Assembly (NCBI GenBank): GCA_947495695.1
Contig: CANLZP010000001.1
Span: 143,069 to 207,068, forward strand
Source of the DNA: an uncultured Erythrobacter sp.
GTDB lineage: Bacteria; Pseudomonadota; Alphaproteobacteria; Sphingomonadales; Sphingomonadaceae
Direction: 5' to 3'
DNA: 64,000 bases
Part shown: piece after piece, positions 47,311 to 57,459 of the stretch
Numbering within the stretch: the first letter of the stretch is position 1
How the letters are laid out: each line of letters opens with the position of its first letter
Notes under the pieces: model-generated
Databases searched by the model: none
The model's input: only the letters and a program-made list of their open reading frames with translations
What the model was told of the DNA's origin: nothing
Program-made: the position numbers and the translations under genes

Positions 47311-49439
47311 ACGTACCTGTCGCCCTAGCCTCTGGCCAACCAGCGCAATTTCGCGACACCCGCTTCACCGTGCCAAGCATTCGCTGCGCCGGCTGCATCG
47401 CCAAGATCGAGCGTGAGTTACCGAAACTGGACGGCGTTGAACACGCACGGGTCAATTTCTCGGCCAAGCGGGTTGCGATCCACCATTCCACCTCGCTCGA
47501 TGACGTCGATTTGACCAAGGCGCTGCGTGAAATCGGTTTTGAAGCCCAGCCCGTCAGCGAAAACCCGTTGGCGCGTGATGATGCAGACACGCGGATGATC
47601 TTGCGCGCCGTGGCGGTGGCCGGCTTTGGCATGATGAACATCATGCTTTTGTCGATCAGCGTTTGGTCGGGTGCCAACGGTGCGACCCGCGACCTGTTTC
47701 ACTGGCTCTCGGCCATAATCGCTATTCCCGTAATCGCTTATGCTGGGCGGCCCTTCTTCGCCTCGGCATTGATGGCGTTGCGCTATGGCCGGACCAATAT
47801 GGACGTGCCGATCTCTATCGGGGTTTTGTTGGCAACCGCGCTTAGTCTGTATGAAACGGCCACCAGCGGTGCGCATGCCTATTTTGAAAGCGCGGTCATG
47901 CTGTTGTTTTTCCTTTTGTGCGGCAGAGCCCTTGACGCCACGATGCGCACGCGGACCCGGGCCGGAATTGGTGCGCTGCTTGGCCGGATGGGTAAGAGCG
48001 CCAGCGTTTTTCAGCCAGATGGATCGTGCCAACGCGTCTCTGCAGAAGAATTGCAACCAGGCATGCTGGTGCTGGTCGCGGCGGGCGAGGCCTTGGCCGC
48101 TGATGGTGTGGTCGAGCACGGCGAAGGCGCGGTCGACAACGCCATGTTGACCGGCGAGACAACCCCGCAGACCGTTGGTTCAGGAAGCGAAGTTCACGCC
48201 GGTGCGATCAATCTGCTTGGACCTTTGCATGTCCGTTTGACAGCCGTTGGCGGCGACACGGCCTTGGCCGAAATCGCGCGCCTGATGGACGAGGCCGGCC
48301 AATCGCGCAGCCTGTATGTTCGGATCGCTGACCGCGCATCACGGCTCTATGCGCCCGTGGTCCACAGCCTGGCCGCTTTGGCCTTTATCGGTTGGATGCT
48401 GGCCGGAGCCGGATGGCACCAGTCGCTGGTCATCGCCATCGCGGTGCTTATCATCACCTGTCCCTGCGCTATGGGGCTGGCCGTACCCGCCGCACAAGTG
48501 GTGGCTTCTGGTGCTTTGATAAAGCGAGGTCTGTTGGTCAAAGACGGCAGCGCATTGGAGCGCTTGGCCGAGGTTGATGTGGCCTTATTCGACAAGACAG
48601 GCACTCTAACGCTGGGAGCGCCGCGACCCGACATTTCCACTCTGGATGATACCACGAGATCGGTCGCATTGGGCTTGGCGCAGGCCAGCCGCCACCCCTT
48701 AAGCCAAGGACTGGCCGATGCTTTGATCGAAGAAGGCGTAAAAGCGGCCATTGTCGATGAGATCGAGGAGCAAAGTGGCCAAGGCCTTACTGGGCAATGG
48801 GAAGGGGCCGCTGTGTCGATAGGACAGCCTCAAACCGCTCAGGATGGAATGGCCAGCGAGTTGACTGTTGGTGATCGTCATTGGACATTGCGTTTCAAAG
48901 ATCCGGTCCGCGGTGATGCCCGCCAGACGATCAATCGGTTGGAAAGCCTGGGGATCGCGAGCCGTATCTTGTCTGGAGATGTCAGCCAGTCGGTGGAGCG
49001 GGTGGCCAGTGACCTTGGCGTTCCAGCGCAAGCAGGCGCAACTCCGCATGAAAAGCTGGCGCTGCTGGAAGGCCTCAAGGCGGATGGGCATAAGCCACTT
49101 ATGGTTGGGGACGGAATCAATGACGGACCCGCCCTGGCAGCGGCGCATGCCTCCATCGCACCCAGCACCGCGAGCGATGCCAGTCAGCAAGCTGCCGATG
49201 CAGTGTTCATTGGCGAAAAACTGGCGCCAGTGGCATTTGCGGTGACCATTGCCCGCCAAACGATGCGCATCGTGCGCCAGAATTTTACCTTCGCAATCGG
49301 ATACAACATCCTTGCCATTCCGTTGGCGCTGTTTGGCATGGTGACGCCGCTGATTGCCGCCATTGCAATGTCGGTGAGCTCTTTGGTTGTGGTCGGCAAT
49401 TCTCTGCGGCTGGCCCGATCTGGAAAGGATGAAACATGA
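47307..49439 (+). CDS. ccoI: Copper-translocating P1B-type ATPase
   Basis: HMA CAGC, TGE, CPC, DKTGTLT, GDGINDGPALA. Confidence 0.96.
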   Translation: MNVPVALASGQPAQFRDTRFTVPSIRCAGCIAKIERELPKLDGVEHARVNFSAKRVAIHHSTSLDDVDLTKALREIGFEAQPVSENPLARDDADTRMILRAVAVAGFGMMNIMLLSISVWSGANGATRDLFHWLSAIIAIPVIAYAGRPFFASALMALRYGRTNMDVPISIGVLLATALSLYETATSGAHAYFESAVMLLFFLLCGRALDATMRTRTRAGIGALLGRMGKSASVFQPDGSCQRVSAEELQPGMLVLVAAGEALAADGVVEHGEGAVDNAMLTGETTPQTVGSGSEVHAGAINLLGPLHVRLTAVGGDTALAEIARLMDEAGQSRSLYVRIADRASRLYAPVVHSLAALAFIGWMLAGAGWHQSLVIAIAVLIITCPCAMGLAVPAAQVVASGALIKRGLLVKDGSALERLAEVDVALFDKTGTLTLGAPRPDISTLDDTTRSVALGLAQASRHPLSQGLADALIEEGVKAAIVDEIEEQSGQGLTGQWEGAAVSIGQPQTAQDGMASELTVGDRHWTLRFKDPVRGDARQTINRLESLGIASRILSGDVSQSVERVASDLGVPAQAGATPHEKLALLEGLKADGHKPLMVGDGINDGPALAAAHASIAPSTASDASQQAADAVFIGEKLAPVAFAVTIARQTMRIVRQNFTFAIGYNILAIPLALFGMVTPLIAAIAMSVSSLVVVGNSLRLARSGKDET

Positions 49440-49582
49440 CCGGTTTGGCGTTTCTCATCCCTATCGCCCTGGGCATGGGCCTGTTCGGTCTGGCTGCGTT
49501 TTTCTGGGCCATGCGCAGCGGCCAATTCGACGATATGGACGGGGCAGCTCATCGCATCCTGATCGACGAGGAAGACGAATAG
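49436..49582 (+). CDS. ccoS: cbb3 oxidase maturation protein
   Basis: Manual translation MTGLAFLIPIAL...WAMRSGQFDDMDGAAHRILIDEEDE, 48 aa. Confidence 0.93.
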   Translation: MTGLAFLIPIALGMGLFGLAAFFWAMRSGQFDDMDGAAHRILIDEEDE

Positions 49583-49616
49583 GCGCGCTGCAACACGCCA
49601 CCAACGCTATGCAGCA

Positions 49617-50300
49617 TCAAGGCGCATTCTGTGAATGGATTGCCTCAATGCGCCGGGCCATTCCGGCGCTATCGATGAGCGTGATTTTGCCATAGCCTAT
49701 CTCGATCAGGCCTTGTGCTGCCAGTTTCTTTAGCGCCTTGCCAATAGCAACTCTTGAAACGCCCAGCGTGTCCGCCAAATCTTCTTGCCGGCAATCAATG
49801 TCGCGCGGGCTCGATGAACTGGCAGGGGATGCCAAAAGCAATCGCGCAATGCGCAGCGGCAAGGGCAACCTTCTTTGGGCATCGAGGAAATCGAGTATCT
49901 CGACATTACGCCACAACGCCAGCTTCAGCAGCGCTTCGTAAATCTCAGGCCAAGCGTGCAACAAGCCGGTCAGTGCTGGCTGGCTCACAAACACCACTTG
50001 TGTGGTGCCAACGGACCACAGGCTGTGTGTTTGGGGCAAACCCAAGAACACTGTGAACTGCCCATAACATTCACCTTTGCGCAGCAATCCCGACACCAGA
50101 AATGAGCCATCGGGTCTGATATTCCCCACCGCAATTTCGCCAGCGCTGACCAAGGATATGCCATCGCGCGCGTCGCCTCGCTCTTCGATAAGCTGGCCAT
50201 CGGTATAGGACGTGGATCTACCCGCAGCACACAGTTCGGTCCAAATCTCGTCAGGCAAGAGGTCTGCAAATGTGACGTTTTGTTGGCGCAGTATCTTCAT
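49617..50300 (-). CDS. Crp/Fnr family regulator
   Basis: cNMP-like domain, RIARLL, QEDLADTLGVSRVAIGKAL HTH. Confidence 0.88.
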   Translation of the reverse strand: MKILRQQNVTFADLLPDEIWTELCAAGRSTSYTDGQLIEERGDARDGISLVSAGEIAVGNIRPDGSFLVSGLLRKGECYGQFTVFLGLPQTHSLWSVGTTQVVFVSQPALTGLLHAWPEIYEALLKLALWRNVEILDFLDAQRRLPLPLRIARLLLASPASSSSPRDIDCRQEDLADTLGVSRVAIGKALKKLAAQGLIEIGYGKITLIDSAGMARRIEAIHSQNAP

Positions 50301-50381
50301 AAATGCCCAAATGTAACTTGTTAGCATTCTTTCTCATCATACCCGCCTATCGTCAACGCTTCGGACATAGGGAGAAGGCGC

Positions 50382-51176
50382 ATGGACCTTAGGATCAAAG
50401 GCAAGAAAGCGATCATGGCGGGGGGCAGCGCAGGCATGGGTCGAGCCACAGCTGAACGATTGGCAGAGGCCGGCGCGGAGCTGGTAATCACCGCGCGCGG
50501 AGAAGAGCGCTTGCGCAAGGCTGCAGATGAAATTGCGACCAAGCATGGCGTTACAGTCACACCGGTTGTGGCCGATTCGTCGGCCGAGGCGGGACGAGAA
50601 GCCTTGTTTGCCGCCTGTCCTGATCCCGATATTTTGGCGATCACGATCAAACCGCCTGACCCCAATGGAGACTTCTTGCAGGTTACAGCTGATATGTGGC
50701 GCGGATCGGTCGAGACCGCTTTGATCGGCCCGATTGAGATCATGCGGCATTACATCCCATCGATGAAGGACAAAGGATGGGGCCGTATCGTCAACATTGC
50801 GACCTTCTCAGCCAAGAACCCGATGATCTGGCGATTGATGTCGGGTCCTGCGCGGTCAGCATTGCTGAATTATACCGCCAGCGTATCGCGCGAGATTGCA
50901 CCGCATGGCGTCATCTTGAACAATCTGTTGCCTGGCATGTTTGCTACTGAAGGCGCATCAGAAATCATGGGAGCCTATGCCAGTGCATTCGGCCTAGAGC
51001 CCAAGCCGGAGATAGTTCGCGAGCATTTCAAGACACACAATTTCATACCGGCAGGATTTATGGGCGATGCCGATGATCTGGCGCCGATGGCAGCCTTTCT
51101 GTGCAGTGGATTGGCGCGCTTCATCGTCGGTCAGAATATTGTGATCGACGGAGGGCAGCACAATGCGATCTTTTGA
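50382..51176 (+). CDS. Short-chain dehydrogenase/reductase
   Basis: AGGSAGMG, GWGRIVNIA, NNLLPG, FIVGQNIVIDGG. Confidence 0.92.
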   Translation: MDLRIKGKKAIMAGGSAGMGRATAERLAEAGAELVITARGEERLRKAADEIATKHGVTVTPVVADSSAEAGREALFAACPDPDILAITIKPPDPNGDFLQVTADMWRGSVETALIGPIEIMRHYIPSMKDKGWGRIVNIATFSAKNPMIWRLMSGPARSALLNYTASVSREIAPHGVILNNLLPGMFATEGASEIMGAYASAFGLEPKPEIVREHFKTHNFIPAGFMGDADDLAPMAAFLCSGLARFIVGQNIVIDGGQHNAIF

Positions 51177-51185
51177 GCGACCAAC

Positions 51186-52274
51186 ATGGGGGCAATCATG
51201 AAAGTCTACGGATCACGCATTTCCTACTACACCGGAAAACTCGAGGCATATTTGCGCTACAAGGACGTTGAGTACACCGCCCTCCCCACGCCATATGGCG
51301 AAGCAAAGATGCTCAAGGAAAAGGTGGGCGCGGTGCAAATGCCGATCGTCGATGACGATGGGTCATGGATGTCAGACACCACGCCGATCATCGAACATCT
51401 TGAGACGATCCACACAGATCGGCCCGTGCTTCCAGATAATCGCGTAACTGCTTTCATTGCTCATCTGATCGAAGATTATGCGGACGAGTGGTTATGGCGT
51501 CCGGCGATGTATTTCCGCTGGTGGTATGGCGATGACAGAACACTGGCGGCGAACACATTGACCGATGAAGTTACCGGTCATCTCAAAGCCCCGCGATGGA
51601 TGCGCAAGCGCATGATTATACGGCGTCAAATGCGCCATTATCTCGATCGTGACGGGATCACGGAGTCAACACGTGGCCATGTAGAGCAATCCTATTTCAA
51701 TGCGCTCAGCGCGATGACCGCCGTACTGGAAAAGCGTCCGTTTCTGCTGGGATCGGCCCCTTCTCTTGCTGATTTTGGAATGATGGGACCTATGTTCAGG
51801 CACTTTGGTCAAGACCCTACCCCGCAAGAGATCATGCGTAATAAAGCGCCTACGGTTTACGAATGGGTCGCGCGCATGTGGCGGGCCAAGGACCAAGGGC
51901 CGCCCGAATTTGTTACCACCATCCCCGATGATACTGCTTCGTTATTGCGTGAGATCTGCGAGACGCATTTGGTGCAGCTAGGGGCCAATCTTGACGGATT
52001 TGCAACGGGCCAGCCACGATTCGATATGACCGTGCAAGGGTGCCACTATAAAGGCATCGCAACCTCGCGATATCGGGTCTGGTGCCTTGAAGAATTGCGC
52101 CGGCGGTTTGCTGCGCTGACCGATCATGACCAGGCTGCCGTCCGCGAATTGCTACCCTATGATCACGCCAAGATCTTGTGGCAAAGCGAGCTTCCCGCCC
52201 AATCAGGATTTAACCAAGATCGACGCTTGCCCTTCGGGCCTGCCATCAATGTATTCGATGGCGGCTTACCTTAG
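51186..52274 (+). CDS. Glutathione S-transferase-like protein (long form)
   Basis: SYYTGKLEAYLRYK, SDTTPII, EDYADEWL, PSLADFG. Confidence 0.82.
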   Translation: MGAIMKVYGSRISYYTGKLEAYLRYKDVEYTALPTPYGEAKMLKEKVGAVQMPIVDDDGSWMSDTTPIIEHLETIHTDRPVLPDNRVTAFIAHLIEDYADEWLWRPAMYFRWWYGDDRTLAANTLTDEVTGHLKAPRWMRKRMIIRRQMRHYLDRDGITESTRGHVEQSYFNALSAMTAVLEKRPFLLGSAPSLADFGMMGPMFRHFGQDPTPQEIMRNKAPTVYEWVARMWRAKDQGPPEFVTTIPDDTASLLREICETHLVQLGANLDGFATGQPRFDMTVQGCHYKGIATSRYRVWCLEELRRRFAALTDHDQAAVRELLPYDHAKILWQSELPAQSGFNQDRRLPFGPAINVFDGGLP

Positions 52275-52314
52275 GTAGGAGACAGCGCAACGCCAATGCA
52301 GCCCGCTATGCAAT

Positions 52315-52890
52315 TTATTGGCCGTGTTCACTCCGGGCAATTTCATGCAGCCAAGCCGCGTGCTGAGGGGCTTTCTTGGTTTCTGACCATTCCTCCAGCA
52401 TCGGCATGGCGACGCGCTTAAGCTCGGCATATTGATCATCGGTGCCGATATCGGCTGCCAATTCCACGCGGTGGCCATTGGGATCGAAGAAATAGATCGA
52501 TTTGAAAATGCCGTGATGGGTTGGCCCCAGCACATCGATCCCCAATCCTTCTACATGCGCTTTGGCCGCCAGCAATTCATCTTCCGATGCAACCCGAAAG
52601 GCAAGGTGCTGGACCCACTGCGGTGTGTTCTCGTCACGGCCCATCTCGGGCTGGTTGGGAAGCTCGAAAAAGGCCAGAATATTGCCGTTCCCTGCGTCCA
52701 GAAAGACGTGCATGTAGGGATCATATTCGCCGGTTGAGGGGACGTGGTCTTCTGAGAAGGCCGAGGTGTATTCCATCCCCAGAACCTGTTCATACCATTC
52801 CACGGTTTGCTTGGCGTCTTTGCACCGATAGGCCGCGTGATGGATCCCGCCGAGGCTGATGGGATGCCCTGAAATCTCTGAAGCGCTCAT
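52315..52890 (-). CDS. VOC/glyoxalase family protein
   Basis: [34 protein letters not shown]; coupled to hppD. Confidence 0.9.
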   Translation of the reverse strand: MSASEISGHPISLGGIHHAAYRCKDAKQTVEWYEQVLGMEYTSAFSEDHVPSTGEYDPYMHVFLDAGNGNILAFFELPNQPEMGRDENTPQWVQHLAFRVASEDELLAAKAHVEGLGIDVLGPTHHGIFKSIYFFDPNGHRVELAADIGTDDQYAELKRVAMPMLEEWSETKKAPQHAAWLHEIARSEHGQ

Positions 52891-54005
52891 TCGGCTGGCT
52901 CCGGTGCTTTGGCGTCCAACACGCCGCGCGCGATCTGGTCGCGCTCGATGCTTTCAAACAGGGCCTTAAAATTGCCCTCGCCAAAGCCATCATCGCCCTT
53001 GCGCTGGATAAATTCAAAGAACACCGGGCCAACTTGTGCTTCGGCAAAGATCTGTAGCAACAAGCGCGGTTGGCCGCCCTCGGTTGTGCCGTCCAGCAAA
53101 ATGCCGCGCATCTTCAATTCGTCAGCGTTTTCACCATGGCCGGGCAGGCGTTCGTCCAGCATCTGATAATAGGTTTCAGGCGGCGCGCTCATAAACGGCA
53201 CGCCAAAGCCTTTGAGGCGGTCCCAACAAGCCACAAGATCATCACAGATCAACGCGATATGCTGGATGCCTTCGCCGTTAAATTCGCGCAGAAATTCCTC
53301 GATCTGGCCCTTGCCGCCCTCGCCTTCTTCATTGAGGGGGATCTTGATCTTACCATCGGGTGCGGTCAGCGCCTTTGACGTCAGCCCGGTATATTCGCCC
53401 TTGATGTCGAAGAAGCGGATCTCGCGGAAGTTAAACAGGCTTTCGTAATAGTCCGCCCAATATTTCATCCGGCCAGTGTACACATTGTGCGTTAGGTGAT
53501 CGATCAATTGGAAGCCCGCGCCTTCGGGATGCTTTTCCACGCCAGGCAGATATTCGAAATCGATGTCATAGATCGACAGGCCATCACCCTTATCATCGGC
53601 ATAACGATCCACCAGATACAGGATCGCGCCACCAATGCCGCGGATAGCGGGAATGCGCAATTCCATCGGGCCTGGCTCATTGGCAACTGGCTCTGCACCC
53701 GATGCCATCAAGTGATCCCATGCCTGTTGTGCATCGCGCACGCGGAAAGCCATGCCGCAGGCCGAAGGACCATGTTCGCGGGCGAAATACCAAGCCGCGC
53801 TGCGCGGTTCGTAATTGGCGATCAGATTGATTCCGCCCTGCCGCCACAGATTGACATCCTTGGACCGGTGCGTGGCTACATGGGTGAACCCCATGGCTTC
53901 AAACACAGGCTCCAACATGCCTTTTTCAGGGGCACAAAATTCCACAAATTCAAAGCCATCAAGGCCAGCGGGATTTTCGAACAGATCGCCGGGATGCTTG
54001 GTCAT
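52887..54005 (-). CDS. hppD: 4-hydroxyphenylpyruvate dioxygenase
   Basis: [46 protein letters not shown]. Confidence 0.97.
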   Translation of the reverse strand: MTKHPGDLFENPAGLDGFEFVEFCAPEKGMLEPVFEAMGFTHVATHRSKDVNLWRQGGINLIANYEPRSAAWYFAREHGPSACGMAFRVRDAQQAWDHLMASGAEPVANEPGPMELRIPAIRGIGGAILYLVDRYADDKGDGLSIYDIDFEYLPGVEKHPEGAGFQLIDHLTHNVYTGRMKYWADYYESLFNFREIRFFDIKGEYTGLTSKALTAPDGKIKIPLNEEGEGGKGQIEEFLREFNGEGIQHIALICDDLVACWDRLKGFGVPFMSAPPETYYQMLDERLPGHGENADELKMRGILLDGTTEGGQPRLLLQIFAEAQVGPVFFEFIQRKGDDGFGEGNFKALFESIERDQIARGVLDAKAPEPAE

Positions 54006-54041
54006 GAACTTAAACCTTCAATAGGAATCGATAGATAAATA

Positions 54042-54059
54042 TAGTTACTTTTGAAACTA
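54042..54059. promoter_or_regulatory. Palindrome upstream of hppD
   Basis: TAGTT-ACTTTTGA-AACTA in an AT-rich divergent promoter region. Confidence 0.45.
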
Positions 54060-54166
54060 AATAGCATTTGCCCCGCATTTTGGCAAGCGAGCCCGCCACC
54101 ATACCACAAATCCCATTTGCATGACCGCAGTGTTTGGTGCAGCCCTGTGACGAGAGAGGAAATGAT

Positions 54167-54700
54167 ATGATCAAGACCACCGGGATCAATCACGTGGCGC
54201 TGGTATGCCGCGACATGCGAGAGACCGTCCAATTCTACACCGAAGTGTTGGGCATGCCCTTGTTCAAGACGGTGGAACTGCCCGATGGTGGCCAACATTT
54301 CTTCTTTGATTGCGGTAATGGCAATGCGGTGGCGTTCTTCTGGTGGAAGGATGGGCCACCAGCCGCGCCGGGGATCGCATCGGTGCGTAAATTCCCGATG
54401 GATGCCAAGACTGCTGTTGGGTCGATGAACCATCTTGCCTTCGATATGGCCGAGGAGGAATTGGAAGCAGCCTTGGACCGGCTGGAGGAGGCTGACGTCC
54501 CGCATACCCACGCCGTGGTCAACCACGATGACAGCCGCATGGGTGTCTCACGCGAATTGCACGATGGTGTGTTCGTCCGCTCGGTCTATTTCACCGATCC
54601 CAACGGAATCATGCTGGAATTTGCCGCCACCACCAAAAGTTTTGGCCCGGCCGATATTGCCCATGAACCGGCCACCGCCGCCGATAGAGAGGACGTCTGA
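54167..54700 (+). CDS. VOC/glyoxalase family protein
   Basis: INHVALVC, GQHFFFDCG, MNHLAF, SVYFTDPNGIMLEFAA. Confidence 0.9.
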   Translation: MIKTTGINHVALVCRDMRETVQFYTEVLGMPLFKTVELPDGGQHFFFDCGNGNAVAFFWWKDGPPAAPGIASVRKFPMDAKTAVGSMNHLAFDMAEEELEAALDRLEEADVPHTHAVVNHDDSRMGVSRELHDGVFVRSVYFTDPNGIMLEFAATTKSFGPADIAHEPATAADREDV

Positions 54701-54703
54701 GCC

Positions 54704-55348
54704 ATGCCCCGACTTCGCAAGGTCTCAAGAGCAGAAGCGGATGAGAAAGTCGCACTGCCGCTTTACAAAATGCTGTTTGGTGATCGCGATCCCGTGGCTG
54801 AGCCAGGCACCGCCACCGGGACCCCAGGCGATTGGTGGACTGTCTTCGCCAATTCGCCCGCCACTCTGCAACATGCTGCCCAAGGCTTTGCCTATTATCA
54901 AAGCAAGGATCGCAAGCTGGAGCCTGCGCTGCGCGAATTGGGCCAAACCTGGGCTGGTTGGGCCACAGGCAGCCAGTTCGTCTTCTCGCAACATTGCAAA
55001 AGCCTTCGCGCGCTTAGAGTTTCTGAAGAGAAGATCAACGCCATCCCGCACTGGCAAACTGTCAACTGCTATGATCCGCGAGAGCGACTGGTGCTGGCCT
55101 ATGCAGATCGATTGGTGTGCCATGCCGGGCGCGTTCCCGATGCTTTGTTCACAGACCTGAAGGCGGAGTTTTCGGACGAGGAAATCCTCGAACTGACTTA
55201 CGTCACCTGCATGTATCAGATGCACGCCGTGATGAGCCGAGCGCTTCGCACCGAATTTGACGACCGGGATGACCCGATCACCGAAGTACCAGCTCCTGAA
55301 GGGTTCGAGGCGACCGATTTCTTCAATTCTGACCGCACAAAAGACTAA
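54704..55348 (+). CDS. Carboxymuconolactone decarboxylase/AhpD-like protein
   Basis: LRELG..WA...HC helical pattern, VPDALF..LKAEFSDEEILELT. Confidence 0.78.
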   Translation: MPRLRKVSRAEADEKVALPLYKMLFGDRDPVAEPGTATGTPGDWWTVFANSPATLQHAAQGFAYYQSKDRKLEPALRELGQTWAGWATGSQFVFSQHCKSLRALRVSEEKINAIPHWQTVNCYDPRERLVLAYADRLVCHAGRVPDALFTDLKAEFSDEEILELTYVTCMYQMHAVMSRALRTEFDDRDDPITEVPAPEGFEATDFFNSDRTKD

Positions 55349-55413
55349 ATCTCTCGCCATGCCAAACGATTGAACGCTTGAATTTACGGGCGGCTATCAC
55401 GATAGCACTGGGC

Positions 55414-56487
55414 ATGGGAGACACGCGCACTTACGCCATCATTGGCTGCGGCATGATGGGCCGCGAGCACATGCGCAATTGCGCGATTGTGGACGGGGTT
55501 GAACTGGTTGGCATTGCCGATCCCGATGCGGGTTCTCGCAAGCAGGCCTTGGAACTGGCCAAACAATTGGGTCATACCATCACAGGTTTTGACGATACCG
55601 AAGCGCTGATGGCGGAGTTGAAGCCCGACGCTGTGATTATCGCCAGCCCCAATTTCACCCATTTCGATGTGGTCCAGCAAATCATGCCGCATGGCTGCGC
55701 AATCCTGCTGGAAAAACCGATGTGTACGAGCGTGGACGATGCCCGCGCATTGCATGGCATGGCCGAGGAATATCCAATGCCGATCTGGGTCGGGTTGGAA
55801 TATCGCTATATGCCGCCGGTCACCCGCTTTGTTGAGAGGGTTCACAGCGGCGAAGCGGGAGCCATCAAGATGCTGACGATCCGCGAGCATCGCTTCCCTT
55901 TCCTTGAAAAGGTGGGCGACTGGAACCGATTCAATCGCAATTCTGGCGGAACTCTGGTGGAGAAATGCTGCCATTTCTTCGACCTGATGCGTCATATTTT
56001 GCAGGATGAACCAGTCCGCATTTTCGCCAGCGGTGGCCAAGATGTGAACCATCTGGACGAGGTCTATAATGGCGAAGTCCCCGACATTTTGGACAATGCT
56101 CTGGTCACGGTGGATTTTGCCAGGGGCGCCCGCGCCAGCCTTGATCTGTGCATGTTCGCCGAAGGATCACAGCAGCAAGAAGACATCTATGCTCTGGGAC
56201 CAGCGGGCAAGTTGGAAGTCGCCCTGCCCCGCGCCAGCATCATCTGGAGCCCCCGCGACCAGAGCGGCCCGCATGAAGAAGCCGTGGCAACCCCGCCCGA
56301 CGCTTTGGCGGCAGGCGATCACTGGGGCGCAACCTATTTCCAATTGCGCGAATTTCACTCCTGCCTGACGCAAGGCAGCCCCGCCATCATCACGACATGG
56401 GACGGTTTGCGCTCGGTTGAAATGGGCGCAGCGGCACAGCAATCAATCGCCACCGGGCTCCCGGTTGCTCTGGATATTCAGGAATAG
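55414..56487 (+). CDS. Gfo/Idh/MocA family oxidoreductase
   Basis: IIGCGMMG, ASPNFTH, LEKPMC, GGTLVEKCCHFFDL. Confidence 0.92.
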   Translation: MGDTRTYAIIGCGMMGREHMRNCAIVDGVELVGIADPDAGSRKQALELAKQLGHTITGFDDTEALMAELKPDAVIIASPNFTHFDVVQQIMPHGCAILLEKPMCTSVDDARALHGMAEEYPMPIWVGLEYRYMPPVTRFVERVHSGEAGAIKMLTIREHRFPFLEKVGDWNRFNRNSGGTLVEKCCHFFDLMRHILQDEPVRIFASGGQDVNHLDEVYNGEVPDILDNALVTVDFARGARASLDLCMFAEGSQQQEDIYALGPAGKLEVALPRASIIWSPRDQSGPHEEAVATPPDALAAGDHWGATYFQLREFHSCLTQGSPAIITTWDGLRSVEMGAAAQQSIATGLPVALDIQE

Positions 56488-56489
56488 AC

Positions 56490-57452
56490 ATGGACCACAT
56501 CCCCACTATCGGTTTCGGATTTTGGAAGGTCGCGCGTGAAGATGCGGCCGACGTCGCCTATGCAGCGATCAAGGCTGGCTATCGCCACCTCGACTGCGCG
56601 GCGGATTACGGCAACGAAACGCAAGTTGGTCAAGGCATCACGCGCGCTATTTCCGATGGGCTGGTGACGCGCGACGACCTGTGGATCACGTCCAAGCTAT
56701 GGAACACTTTTCACGCACCAGAGCATGTGAAGGAAGGGTGCCAAAAATCCCTCGGCGACCTCGGCCTGGATTATCTGGACCTCTATCTGGTCCATTTCCC
56801 GATTGCGCTGGAATATGTACCGATTGAAACTCGATATCCGCCTGAATGGGTGCACGATCCGGCGAGCAATTCAGGCCAAGGTTCAGGAATGGTGCGAGCG
56901 CCGGTCCCGCTGCACGCAACCTGGGCCGCGATGGAGGCTTTGATTGACGATGGGCTGACGCGCGAAATTGGCGTGTGCAATTACAATTCTGCCCTCATCC
57001 ATGACCTGATGACCTATTCCAGGGTGCAGCCCTATGCCTTGCAGATTGAAGCTCATCCCTATCTGACGCAGGAAAGACTGATCCGGCTTGCCAAGGACTA
57101 TGGCATGCATGTCACCGCATTTTCGCCTCTTGGTGCGCTATCCTATGTCGAGTTGGACATGGCCGGCGATGCAGACACTGTTCTCACGCAGCCTGCAGTG
57201 CTTGCCGCAGCTGAAGCGCATGGCAAAACACCCGCGCAAGTGGTCCTGCGTTGGGGCATCCAGCGCGGAACGTCGATCATTCCCAAGACGTCCAAGCCCG
57301 ACCGCATGCGCGAAAATCTGGCGCTCGACGATTTCGAACTATCGCCTGGCGAAATGCACGCAATCAGCGCGCTCAACCAAAACCGCCGTTTCAATGATCC
57401 CGGCGCATTTACCGAGGCGGCCTTTGGCTCCTTCCATCCCATCTACGATTGA
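56490..57452 (+). CDS. Aldo/keto reductase (xylose reductase-like)
   Basis: Tetrad D (LDCA), Y (DYGNE), K (TSKLW), H (LVHFP); IPKTS cofactor motif. Confidence 0.92.
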   Translation: MDHIPTIGFGFWKVAREDAADVAYAAIKAGYRHLDCAADYGNETQVGQGITRAISDGLVTRDDLWITSKLWNTFHAPEHVKEGCQKSLGDLGLDYLDLYLVHFPIALEYVPIETRYPPEWVHDPASNSGQGSGMVRAPVPLHATWAAMEALIDDGLTREIGVCNYNSALIHDLMTYSRVQPYALQIEAHPYLTQERLIRLAKDYGMHVTAFSPLGALSYVELDMAGDADTVLTQPAVLAAAEAHGKTPAQVVLRWGIQRGTSIIPKTSKPDRMRENLALDDFELSPGEMHAISALNQNRRFNDPGAFTEAAFGSFHPIYD

Positions 57453-57459
57453 GCATCAG

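Noticed and set aside
57088-57459. N-terminal extension of the second dioxygenase from the ORF track
   Set aside because: It overlaps the AKR gene; the ATG at 57460 just after the AKR stop gives a normal-length protein.
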